A DNA stretch of 64,000 bases, taken from assembly GCA_016202545.1 (NCBI GenBank), contig JACQON010000030.1, positions 33,599-97,598 on the forward strand. The letters run 5' to 3'. How positions within the stretch are numbered: the first letter of the stretch is position 1; each line of letters starts with the position of its first letter. This stretch comes from Chloroflexota bacterium. GTDB taxonomy: Bacteria > Chloroflexota > Dehalococcoidia > Dehalococcoidales > JACQON01. This document shows, in pieces, positions 7,357 through 15,821 of this stretch. Under the pieces are notes generated by a model. It was not told the origin of the DNA. It made no database searches and was given only the letters and a program-made list of their open reading frames with translations. A program made the position numbers and the translations under genes.

Positions 7357-9417
7357 ATGGAGCGTTACGGACTGGACACTATTCGCAACGTTGTTCTGCT
7401 ATCCCATTCCGGGGCTGGCAAGACGTCTATCGGCGAAGCTATCCTGTTCACTGCCGGTGCCATTACCCGGCTGGGCAAAGTTGGCGATGGGACTACTACC
7501 TCGGACTATGACCCCGATGAAGTAAAGCGCGGCATGAGCATCAACCTGGCCCTGCTTCCCTCCCAGTGGCAGGGGACCAAGATTAACCTCATCGATACTC
7601 CCGGCTATCCCGACTTCGTCGGCGAGGTCAAGGCGGCAACGCGGGTCAGTGAAGGGGCCGTCATAGCGGTATGCGCCGCTTCGGGGGTTGAAGTTGGCAC
7701 TGAACAGGTCTGGGCATATAGCGGGGAGGCCAACCTCGCTCGCCTGGTCTTCGTCAATAAAATGGACCGCGAGAATGCTGATTTCCACCGGACTCTGGAG
7801 GCGCTCCGCTCCAGGCTTGGCCCCATGTGCATCCCGGTGCAGCTACCCGTGGGCGCTCACACCAGCTTCCAGGGGATAGTTGACCTGCTGGCCATGAAAT
7901 ATTATGCCGGCTCTCCACCCAGGGAAGCTGAGATGCCCTCGTCGCTGCAAGCCGAAGCCGGCTCCTTTCGGGAGAAACTGGTGGAGGCTGTAGCTGAGAT
8001 TGACGATAGGCTTCTGGAGAAGTACCTCGGCGGCGAAGAGCTCAGCCTTGACGAGCTTAAGGCGGGCCTGCGCCAGGGAGTAGCGACCGGGAAAGTAGTG
8101 CCGGTACTGGTTGGCTCGGCGCTGCAAAGCGCGGGGATTACGCTCCTGCTGGATATGGTGCGTGAGTATCTACCATCGCCCCGGGAGCGAGAGGTGGCCG
8201 TCGACAGCGGCTCCGGCGCGCAAGCGCTCAAGCCCGCCGAGGATGGCCCGCTGGCGGCCCTGGTGTTCAAGACCACCGCCGACCCCTATGTCGGCAAGCT
8301 CACCTATTTCAGGGTTTATAGCGGAGTTATTGACAGCAACTCTCAGGTATGGAACGCCACCAAAGGCGAGCCGGAACGCATAGGTCAGCTATTCATCATG
8401 AGGGGCAAAGCCCAGGAGCCAGTACCCCAGCTACGGGCGGGAGACATCGGGGCGGTGGCCAAATTGAATGTGACCGGGACCGGGGACACGCTGTGCAGCC
8501 GTGATAACCCGGTGAAGATAGTCCCGATGCAGTTCCCGGTTCCAGTCTTCAGTCAGGCGGTCCATCCCAGGACCAAGGTTGACGTGGACAAGATGGGGAC
8601 CGCGCTATCACGGCTGACCGAGGAAGGCCCCACCCTTTCGGTGCGCCGGGACCATGATACCAACGAGACCATCCTGTCAGGAATGGGGGAGACGCATCTC
8701 GATGTGGCGGCGGAAAAGATGCATCGAAAGTTCGGCGTGGCGGTGGAGATGAAGACCCCGCTGGTGCCGTATAAGGAGACCATTACCATAACAACCAGGG
8801 CCGAATATAAGCACAGGAAGCAAACCGGAGGGCACGGTCAATACGGGCATGTTTTCCTGGAGCTGGAGCCCCTGCCACGTAGCAGTGGCACCGAGTTTGC
8901 CGATAAGGTAGTGGGGGGCTCTGTCCCCAAAAACTACATTCCAGCCGTGGAGAAGGGGGTCAACGAAGCCTTGAGAGAGGGAGTCCTGGCCGGCTATCCG
9001 GTAGCAGATATGAGGGCAACGCTGTATGACGGCAGCTTCCACCCGGTGGACTCCTCAGAGATATGTTTCAAGATTGCCGGTGCGGGGGCGCTGAAGAAGG
9101 GTATGGCCCAGGCGCAACCGGTGCTGCTTGAGCCGATAATGAATATCAAGGTGACCGTGCCGGAGAACCTCACCGGCGATATCATCGGCGACCTCAACAC
9201 CAAGCGGGCCCGTTTGCATGGTATGAGCCCCAGCGATGGCCATAACGTCATTGAAGCTCAGGTGCCTCTGGCCGAGGTGTTGCGCTATGCCATAGACCTG
9301 CGGTCGCTGACCCAGGGGAGAGGCACCTTTACCATGGAGTTCAGCCACTATGAGGAGGCGCCGCCCCTGACCACTCAGAAGATTATCGCCGAAAAGCAGG
9401 CCGCCCAGAAGGCCTGA
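7357..9417 (+). CDS. Elongation factor G paralogue (EF-G2-like translational GTPase)
   Basis: G-domain motifs HSGAGKTS, DTPGYPDF and NKMD, plus full-length EF-G domains. The start is set at the ATG at 7357, which is preceded by GGGGGTGA. It is not in an rpsL-rpsG-fusA-tuf context. Confidence 0.85.
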   Translation: MERYGLDTIRNVVLLSHSGAGKTSIGEAILFTAGAITRLGKVGDGTTTSDYDPDEVKRGMSINLALLPSQWQGTKINLIDTPGYPDFVGEVKAATRVSEGAVIAVCAASGVEVGTEQVWAYSGEANLARLVFVNKMDRENADFHRTLEALRSRLGPMCIPVQLPVGAHTSFQGIVDLLAMKYYAGSPPREAEMPSSLQAEAGSFREKLVEAVAEIDDRLLEKYLGGEELSLDELKAGLRQGVATGKVVPVLVGSALQSAGITLLLDMVREYLPSPREREVAVDSGSGAQALKPAEDGPLAALVFKTTADPYVGKLTYFRVYSGVIDSNSQVWNATKGEPERIGQLFIMRGKAQEPVPQLRAGDIGAVAKLNVTGTGDTLCSRDNPVKIVPMQFPVPVFSQAVHPRTKVDVDKMGTALSRLTEEGPTLSVRRDHDTNETILSGMGETHLDVAAEKMHRKFGVAVEMKTPLVPYKETITITTRAEYKHRKQTGGHGQYGHVFLELEPLPRSSGTEFADKVVGGSVPKNYIPAVEKGVNEALREGVLAGYPVADMRATLYDGSFHPVDSSEICFKIAGAGALKKGMAQAQPVLLEPIMNIKVTVPENLTGDIIGDLNTKRARLHGMSPSDGHNVIEAQVPLAEVLRYAIDLRSLTQGRGTFTMEFSHYEEAPPLTTQKIIAEKQAAQKA

Positions 9418-9510
9418 GGCACTCTCGGCCTCTAGTGTCATGTCAGGTAAACAGGTGACTATTCTACTTCATCAGAAATGGTGGAAGTGCCTTGAGGGGA
9501 ACTTAGTCGA

Positions 9511-9731
9511 ACGCCCATCCCCTTCAGGGTGAACCCTTCAGAGCGAGCCTTCAGGACGAGCCTTCAGGGTGAACCCCTGTCCCCCTTCCCGATGGGAAGG
9601 GGGAGTTAAGTAGAAGAGAGGGGGCGGCAGCCCCCTCTCTATAATATCTTCCCCTTCTCCTAAAAGGAGAAGGGGATACTCGTTCCGATTATCGTCAGAG
9701 TGAATCGTCAGAGTGAAAGGGGATGAGGTCG
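9511..9731. repeat. Triple-hairpin repeat element, copy A
   Basis: Hairpins at 9581-9603 (10 bp), 9615-9640 (11 bp) and 9651-9675 (11 bp). The ends are ACGCCCATCCCC ... GGGGATGAGGTCG. It is homologous to 53555-53680. Confidence 0.75.
9522..9575. repeat. Four tandem 13-14-nt units CTTCAG(G/A)NNGA(A/G)C(C)
   Basis: CTTCAG starts at 9522, 9536, 9549 and 9562. A related pair, CGTCAGAGTGAA(T/A), starts at 9694 and 9707. Confidence 0.6.
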
Positions 9732-9786
9732 TCAGTAAGAATATGTACTGAAGCAGTAATGGGTCAGTAACTAACCTGACATTACA

Positions 9787-10713
9787 CTAGGTAGCCCTTA
9801 TCTCCTGCCTCATGAACAGTATATAGCTTGCGGCGAAGCAGATGGCGCTCAGACCTATCAGGCTGGTGAGCTGGGGCCAGATAAGCAGTATGCTCTGGCC
9901 CAGGGAGATGGGGTTGGGAATCATGAACTGCACCTGGCTCATGGTTACTATGCCCAGGCTTCTCACCTGCGGCAGCAGGAGCACCGTGGTTGCCTCTGAG
10001 AACAGCGTGTTGGGAGAAAAGCGCATTATCATTTGCTGCAGTTCGGCATTGCGGATGATGACCTCTGGTGAGGTGGCATTGGCAACCGGGACCAGGGCAT
10101 TGGCGATAGCCGGCGCCGCTATCAGGATGAAGATGCCAAAGAATAGCCAGATGGCGACCGGGGTGAGCAGAGAGGTGGCTATCTTGCGGAACAGGACGGA
10201 AAAGAGCACCGCCAGGCCCAGCCAGAAGGCCCCGTAGATTATGGTGAAGACCAGGTAGATGGAAAGCCTGACTATCTCCTCAGCCGTTGGCGGCACGCCT
10301 ATCATGACCAGGCCGTATCCAGCGACCACCATCATGGTGGCCACCACCATCACGGATAAAGTGATGATGCCGGCCAGGAATTTGCCATTGATGACGTTGT
10401 CCCGGAAGATGGGCTGAGCCAGGACACGGCTCAGGGTGCCGCTCTGGCGCTCGCTGTTTATGGCGTCAAAGCCCAGGGCGATGCCTATTATCGGGATGAG
10501 CAGGACGATAAAGGTGACCAGCGAAGGCATTGCCTCGCCTGAGGTAGTGAACAGTCTCAGAAAGACGAAACCGGATTCGCTGACCTGTCCGCGGATGTTC
10601 TGCTGGACGGCGTAAAGGGCGCCTCCGGAGGTAAGAAAGACTATCAGCATCAGTATGAACACCCTTACGCTGGTGAAATAGTCAGCAAGCTCTTTACGAA
10701 CGATTGTTGCCAT
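9787..10713 (-). CDS. ABC-2 type transporter permease
   Basis: 308 aa with about 6 TM segments. It lies immediately downstream of an ABC ATPase. Confidence 0.75.
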   Translation of the reverse strand: MATIVRKELADYFTSVRVFILMLIVFLTSGGALYAVQQNIRGQVSESGFVFLRLFTTSGEAMPSLVTFIVLLIPIIGIALGFDAINSERQSGTLSRVLAQPIFRDNVINGKFLAGIITLSVMVVATMMVVAGYGLVMIGVPPTAEEIVRLSIYLVFTIIYGAFWLGLAVLFSVLFRKIATSLLTPVAIWLFFGIFILIAAPAIANALVPVANATSPEVIIRNAELQQMIMRFSPNTLFSEATTVLLLPQVRSLGIVTMSQVQFMIPNPISLGQSILLIWPQLTSLIGLSAICFAASYILFMRQEIRAT

Positions 10714-10721
10714 CGGTTACG

Positions 10722-11657
10722 TCATCCCTCGTGAAAGTATTTCATGTATATATCGTCCAGGTTGAACTCCTGGATTTTCATCTGAATCAGAAGGAAATCG
10801 CTCTGCACCACCACTTTGGATATCTCAGCGCGCAGGTCTGAGTCAGTGATGACCATGAGCAGGTCGCCACTGGTCTTTACCTCTTTGACATCGGGAATCG
10901 CCTTGATGGTATCCACCAGGGCGGGGGTCGGCCGGCGTGTTTCAATCTCTATGCGGTAGCGGCCTCCAGCCAGTGCCTGCCTGCCCAGCTCATCTATGCT
11001 GCCCTGGACCACCAGCTTCCCTTTTGATAGTATGCCGATGCTGCTGCACACCCTCTGCACCTCATAGAGACGGTGCGAGCTCATGACTACAGTCGTCCCC
11101 ATTCCAGGCAGCTTGGCCATCAGGTCGAGTATCTGGTTGATGCCCTCGGGGTCTAGCCCGGCGGTGGGCTCGTCAAAGATGGCCAGCCTCGGCTTCTTAA
11201 CGAGCACATCGGCAATCCCCAGGCGCTGTTTCATGCCGCGGGAGAAGTTACCCACTTTTACGTCCGCCACCTGGGCGATGCCCACCCCCTCCAACACCTC
11301 ATCTATCCGGCGCCGGGCCTCGACATAGCCGATGGCGTTGAGCTCGGCGATAAAGTCCAGGTTCTCCCTGGCGGTGAGGCTCTCGTAGAAGCCGACTTTC
11401 TCCGGCATATATCCCACCTGGCGTTTTACCTCCAGGGGCTGCCTGGTGGGGTCCAACCCGCATACCCGGACGGTGCCCGCCACTGGCTCGGTCAGCCCGA
11501 GCAACATGAGGATAGTAGTCGTCTTGCCGGCGCCGTTGGGACCGAGCAGGCCAAACACTTCCCCCTCCTCAATGCTGAGGTTGAGGCTGTCCACTACAGT
11601 GGCGCTGTCGTACCTTTTGGTCAGGTTACAGGTCTCTACTACTATCTCTCTGCCCAT
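10722..11657 (-). CDS. ABC transporter ATP-binding protein
   Basis: Walker A GPNGAGKTT, signature FSRGMKQRL, and Walker B LAIFDEPTAGLD. Confidence 0.9.
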   Translation of the reverse strand: MGREIVVETCNLTKRYDSATVVDSLNLSIEEGEVFGLLGPNGAGKTTTILMLLGLTEPVAGTVRVCGLDPTRQPLEVKRQVGYMPEKVGFYESLTARENLDFIAELNAIGYVEARRRIDEVLEGVGIAQVADVKVGNFSRGMKQRLGIADVLVKKPRLAIFDEPTAGLDPEGINQILDLMAKLPGMGTTVVMSSHRLYEVQRVCSSIGILSKGKLVVQGSIDELGRQALAGGRYRIEIETRRPTPALVDTIKAIPDVKEVKTSGDLLMVITDSDLRAEISKVVVQSDFLLIQMKIQEFNLDDIYMKYFHEG

Positions 11658-11660
11658 GTT

Positions 11661-12524
11661 TTACCGTCTGCCGAACCGCCAGAAGACCACGCTCAAGCCA
11701 GCGATGACCACCAGTATGACTCCAACGCCGACCCAGCCCCAGACGGTGGGCGTCTCTACGGTCACCCTGATGTTAAGGTCGGTTGCCTGGGTCTGCTTGC
11801 CTGAAGCGGTGAGGGTGATGGAATAGTCCCCGGCGATTGTCCTTGCCGGCGGCTTGATATTCACATCCACCGTTCGAGAGTCAAGGGTCGGCAGGGAATC
11901 TACTTTATCAGGGGTGAATTTTATTATCCACCCTTCGGGCTTCTTCGATTGGAAGGAAATATCCTCAACGGCCGCCGAGCCCAGATTATCAAGCTTCAAC
12001 GAGAAGAAGTTGTCCTTGCCTGCGGCAGCCTTGGTATCATACCGCTCCGATGCGGGAGATAACCCCATCCTGTAAATGGCAACCACTACTGCGGTAAGGT
12101 CAATGCTCTGGCTAACGTCACCCGCCCTGGCTTGCAGGGTTAACTTATATTCCCCTGGCTCGGGTATAGAAAAAGAAGGCGGTGACGTTACCACTTTTAC
12201 ATCCTGGCCATAGGTCTTCAGGGGCTCAAGAACGATGCTGCGTATCCTCGTTTCACCGACGTCAGACGAGGTGATATAGGTAGTCCAGTTCTGGGGCCCG
12301 GTAACCAGCAGGTCAAAGGGGCGCACGCCAGGCCCCATGTACTTCAACTGCACCTCAAAGGTGAAGGTAAGCCCGGGGAAAGTAGCCTCTACCTTGGGAA
12401 ACTTGGGCACCAGCTCAACCGTTTCCTTGATGCCCGTTTCTTCCTGGGCCAGGGCTGGCTGATAAATTGCCATTATGCCTGTGGCTATGAGAAACAAGCA
12501 ACAGGCTACCCTTACGATTTTCAT
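11661..12524 (-). CDS. Secreted, C-terminally anchored beta-rich protein (NEW3/COG1470-like), first gene of the ABC-2 operon
   Basis: Signal peptide MKIVRVACCLFLIATGIMAIYQPALAQ, repeated beta-sandwich-like segments, and a C-terminal TM (VWGWVGVGVILVVIAGLSVVFW). Confidence 0.55.
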   Translation of the reverse strand: MKIVRVACCLFLIATGIMAIYQPALAQEETGIKETVELVPKFPKVEATFPGLTFTFEVQLKYMGPGVRPFDLLVTGPQNWTTYITSSDVGETRIRSIVLEPLKTYGQDVKVVTSPPSFSIPEPGEYKLTLQARAGDVSQSIDLTAVVVAIYRMGLSPASERYDTKAAAGKDNFFSLKLDNLGSAAVEDISFQSKKPEGWIIKFTPDKVDSLPTLDSRTVDVNIKPPARTIAGDYSITLTASGKQTQATDLNIRVTVETPTVWGWVGVGVILVVIAGLSVVFWRFGRR

Positions 12525-12566
12525 GGTTTCATCACCTCGCTAGTTAAATCATTTATCTGTTGTGTG

Positions 12567-12595
12567 ATTGTAGCAGGACTGGCCGTAAAATTCAA
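12567..12595 (-). promoter_or_regulatory. Sigma70-like promoter TTGAAT-17-TACAAT (minus strand) for the NEW3/ABC-2 operon
   Basis: On the minus strand, -35 is at 12595-12590, the spacer is 17 nt, and -10 is at 12572-12567. The RBS GAGGTGA precedes the ATG at 12524. Confidence 0.45.
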
Positions 12596-12810
12596 ACTTG
12601 TTCGTAAGAAATCGTTCAGTAACACTCTGCCATATAATTATTAAACACCCTTAAGGTTAGTGACGAGGTTTCCTTATCACATATTTCTGACCAAAATCAT
12701 AGCAGCCAAATGTTAAAATCCTGTTAAGACACCGATTAAACGGACGTCTTTGGCTGCTTTACCCCGGGAATGCAGCTTTGGTATATTCCCATAATATCAA
12801 GATTAGCGGC

Positions 12811-13809
12811 CTATTCCGACAGCAGTTGCTTGACCTTTTCCTGGAAGGCAGGCACTATCTTTTTCCAATCTCCGACCACGCCAAAGCGGGCTACCTTGAA
12901 GATGTTTGCCTCGGGGTCCTTGTTTATGGCCACGATGTTCTTGCAGCCGGAGCAGCCAGCCATGTGCTGGCTGGAGCCGGAGAGGGCAACCGCGATATAA
13001 AGGTCAGGGGCCACGATTTTCCCGGTTAGCCCTATCTGCATGACATCGGCCACCCAGCCGTTATCACAGGGGGGGCGGCTGGCGCCCACCGCTCCCTTGA
13101 GCAGTTTGGCCAGTGTCTCCAGTTGCTTGAAGCCTTCGCTGTTGCCTATGCCCCTGCCACCGGAGACCACCACCGTGGCATCCTCGAGCTTTATGCCGGT
13201 AACCTCCTCGGGAACCTTCTGTACCACCCTGGTCCTGACGGCTGAAGGGTCTATTCCAGCCTCGATGGGGATAACCTCACCCTGTCTGGAATCATCCCGC
13301 TGCGCCGCTGGCATGGCCTTGGACCTGACGGTGGCTATCTGCGGGTAGCACTCGCTGGTGAATACAGCCAGAGCATTGCCGCCGTAGACGGGCTTGGTCT
13401 GCAGTAGCTGCTTGGTGCCGGGGTCAACAGCCACCTCCACGCAGTCCGTGGCAGCGGTTGTCTTCAGCCTGAAGGCCAACCTGGGCGCCAGGTCGCGCCC
13501 CATGCTGGTCTGCCCCATAAGGACGGCGCGAGGCGCCGCCTGGGCGACCACCTTTTCCATGGCCGCGGTGTAAGAATCGGTCTGGTAGTCCTGGAGCAGC
13601 GGGGCGTCAACAACGTACACCTTGTCAGCACCCAGGGCGATGGCCTCCCCGGCCAGACCGCTTATATTGCTGCCTATCAATACGACACTAAGGCTCTCTC
13701 CCAGGTCACCGGCCAGCTTTCTGCCTCCGCCCAGTAGCTCGGCGGTGATGGCAGCTAACTTTCCGTCGGCGGCCTCGCCGCAGACCATGACCCCTTTATA
13801 TTCGGCCAT
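12811..13809 (-). CDS. etfA: Electron transfer flavoprotein subunit alpha
   Basis: 332 aa with the typical EtfA N-terminus and a C-terminal FAD-binding region (PDLYIAVALSGSSQHMAG). Confidence 0.9.
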   Translation of the reverse strand: MAEYKGVMVCGEAADGKLAAITAELLGGGRKLAGDLGESLSVVLIGSNISGLAGEAIALGADKVYVVDAPLLQDYQTDSYTAAMEKVVAQAAPRAVLMGQTSMGRDLAPRLAFRLKTTAATDCVEVAVDPGTKQLLQTKPVYGGNALAVFTSECYPQIATVRSKAMPAAQRDDSRQGEVIPIEAGIDPSAVRTRVVQKVPEEVTGIKLEDATVVVSGGRGIGNSEGFKQLETLAKLLKGAVGASRPPCDNGWVADVMQIGLTGKIVAPDLYIAVALSGSSQHMAGCSGCKNIVAINKDPEANIFKVARFGVVGDWKKIVPAFQEKVKQLLSE

Positions 13810-13897
13810 TGATGGTTATCCTCCTTAGCATGATAATCGGAATACGTTAGACCAGCGTTACAGGTTGCTCACCTGATACTCGAAATCGGCAGCCGGT

Positions 13898-14698
13898 TCA
13901 CAGTATCTTGGCCTCCCTGAGCTTCAAGGCCAGGTTGGCCGCCGCTTCCTCCGGGGTTTCTCCTTGTACGATGTCACACTTACCTTCGCGGACCGGCTGG
14001 AATAGCTTGAGCAAGTTGATGCGCCTGCCCTTAGCGCCAATCTGGGAAGGGTCGACTCCGATGTCGGCTGGCTTCCAGACGATAGGCTCCTTCTTTTTAG
14101 CCGCCATAATCCCCTTTATGGTGGCGTAGCGGGGCTCTCCAAGCTCATTGCTCACCGTGACCAGGCAGGGCAGGGGCGCTTCAATCACCTCATAGCCATC
14201 AGCCACCACCCGCTCTATCCTGACTTTGCCATCCAGCACCTCTATTTTCTTGGCCACGGTCACGCCGGGCAGGCCCAGTATCTCGGCGATGCCCGCACCT
14301 ACCTGTCCCGCATCCCAGTCGGCTGCCTGCCTACCGCAGAAGACGAGGTCATATGTGCCTATCTTCTTGATAGCCATCGCCAGCGCATAAGCCGTCGACC
14401 AGCTATCGCCATCGACAAAAGCCTCATCCTCCAGCAGGACGAGCTCGTCGGCGCCCATGGACAGCGGCTTTTTCACCACGTCACGCTGAAGGTTCGCTCC
14501 CATGCTGAGAACGGTGATTTTGCCGCCCTTGGCATCCTTAATCCTGAGCGCCGCCTCTACCGCCTGCTCATCAAAAGGGCTGATTACCGGCGGAACGTCC
14601 GGCGGCAATATCACCCTCTTGGCCGCAGGGTCAATCTTGAAGCTGGCCGGTGGTGCTTCCGGGTCAAGCACCTGCTTGACGCAGACAATCATGTTCAC
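13898..14698 (-). CDS. etfB: Electron transfer flavoprotein subunit beta
   Basis: 266 aa: MNMIVCVKQVLDPEAP...ISPFDEQAVEAALRIKD. Confidence 0.9.
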   Translation of the reverse strand: MNMIVCVKQVLDPEAPPASFKIDPAAKRVILPPDVPPVISPFDEQAVEAALRIKDAKGGKITVLSMGANLQRDVVKKPLSMGADELVLLEDEAFVDGDSWSTAYALAMAIKKIGTYDLVFCGRQAADWDAGQVGAGIAEILGLPGVTVAKKIEVLDGKVRIERVVADGYEVIEAPLPCLVTVSNELGEPRYATIKGIMAAKKKEPIVWKPADIGVDPSQIGAKGRRINLLKLFQPVREGKCDIVQGETPEEAAANLALKLREAKIL

Positions 14699-14863
14699 TA
14701 TCCCTGTTCCTCCTTCTATACTGCTTCCGATAACTCACCCGGGCGATGCGAAACCCAAAATAATTTAGCATCTGGACGGTGACGTGTCAAGCTGGCACAC
14801 TGTCAGGTAGTGGGTCAATTTGAAATAGGTCAAATGAGGGTTACCTTTTATGACAATACTTGG

Positions 14864-14892
14864 TTGCAGGGTATTGACTTAGGTGCTATAAT
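14864..14892 (+). promoter_or_regulatory. Sigma70-like promoter TTGCAG-17-TATAAT for the Panacea-domain gene
   Basis: -35 at 14864-14869 and -10 at 14887-14892. The RBS GGGAGGTGA precedes the ATG at 14922. Upstream are direct GGTCAA(T/A) half-sites at about 14813 and 14828. Confidence 0.45.
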
Positions 14893-14921
14893 CAAACTAA
14901 ATTGAATAGGGAGGTGACCTA

Positions 14922-15380
14922 ATGGCTTCACCTCAGAAAAGACCCTCAGCTTCTGACGTGGCAGTTTACTTTCTCTCTCTTGTGGATGAAGATGAGGGTG
15001 ATTTTATTTCTAACCTAAAGTTACAGAAGCTACTCTACTACGCTCAAGGTTTTCATCTGGCCATGTTTGACGAACCACTGTTTGATGAAACTATTGAGGC
15101 TTGGGCACATGGACCAGTAGTCCGCAGGGTGTACTCGGAATATGCTGACTTCGGTGCCAATCCCATTCCGAGGCCTGCCAACTTGGAACCTTTGGGCAAG
15201 GATACTGAAGATTTCCTAAACGAAATTTATGGCGTGTTCGGTCAGTATTCAGCATGGAAACTTCGTGAAATGACCCATGACGAACCACCGTGGAAAGACT
15301 CCTATAGAGTGGGCAAGAGCAGGATAATCTCACATGCTGCAATGAAAACATACTTTAGCCAGTTTGTGGAGTCAAAGTAA
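14922..15380 (+). CDS. Panacea / SocA (DUF4065) domain protein, candidate PanA-type antitoxin
   Basis: 152 aa: SNLKLQKLLYYAQGFHLAMFDEPLFDETIEAWAHGPVVRRVY matches the DUF4065 core pattern by eye. Confidence 0.75.
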   Translation: MASPQKRPSASDVAVYFLSLVDEDEGDFISNLKLQKLLYYAQGFHLAMFDEPLFDETIEAWAHGPVVRRVYSEYADFGANPIPRPANLEPLGKDTEDFLNEIYGVFGQYSAWKLREMTHDEPPWKDSYRVGKSRIISHAAMKTYFSQFVESK

Positions 15381-15399
15381 TCGCTGCCACAAATTGCCT

Positions 15400-15819
15400 A
15401 TGGTTAAGCGCATCCGGCATGTCCAAACAGCACGAAGCCAACGTATAAACTACCGCGTTACGACCAATACCCCTTCAATAGCTGAGTATCCTATATTCTC
15501 GCTCTTTTACTTGCAAGATAAGTATTGCATTTCTAAATGTACCCTGCAAGAAAAGGCTAGCTTTGCAGGCAAATTGCGTACACTCAGCAAAATGACTTGG
15601 AATCAAATATGGTCTGCACCACACAAAGGTCTTGGGTGCGAGAAGATACATACCAAGCAGATAACGGGCGCTCCCATACCTGAGATTATCTCTCCAGACG
15701 TGACGTTTTTGGCTATACGTTTTGACGGGAAAAAGCCGATGGTTGGTTTTCGTGTGGACAATGTTTTCAATATAGTATGGTTCGACAGGGACTTTACCCT
15801 ATATGACCATGGCAGTTAG
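15400..15819 (+). CDS. Hypothetical protein, candidate toxin partner of the Panacea-domain gene
   Basis: 139 aa from the ATG at 15400; the ORF-track TTG at 15364 would overlap the upstream gene by 17 nt. I recognised no family. The C-terminus FLAIRFDGKKPMVGFRVDNVFNIVWFDRDFTLYDHG has a RelE/HigB-like strand pattern, but that is a weak inference. Confidence 0.5.
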   Translation: MVKRIRHVQTARSQRINYRVTTNTPSIAEYPIFSLFYLQDKYCISKCTLQEKASFAGKLRTLSKMTWNQIWSAPHKGLGCEKIHTKQITGAPIPEIISPDVTFLAIRFDGKKPMVGFRVDNVFNIVWFDRDFTLYDHGS

Positions 15820-15821
15820 GT

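Larger units (their letters stand above)
9432..9790. repeat. Intergenic element bounded by 17-bp terminal inverted repeats (MITE-like)
   Basis: CTAGTGTCATGTCAGGT at 9432-9448 matches the reverse complement of ACCTGACATTACACTAG at 9774-9790 at 16 of 17 positions. The element fills the whole gap between the convergent EF-G and ABC permease genes. Confidence 0.5.

Noticed and set aside
9522-9575. Short tandem repeats that might be taken for a mini-CRISPR array.
   Set aside because: The units are 13-14 nt and directly abutting, with no spacers. No cas genes are present. They are part of the repeat element.
14874-14892. TTGACT-7nt-TATAAT. A similar TTGACA-7nt-TATAAT lies on the minus strand at 30132-30150. 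Together they could suggest an unusual short-spacer promoter class.
   Set aside because: There are only two instances. At 14864 a conventional 17-nt-spaced -35 (TTGCAG) explains the same -10. A 7-nt spacer is incompatible with known sigma70 geometry.
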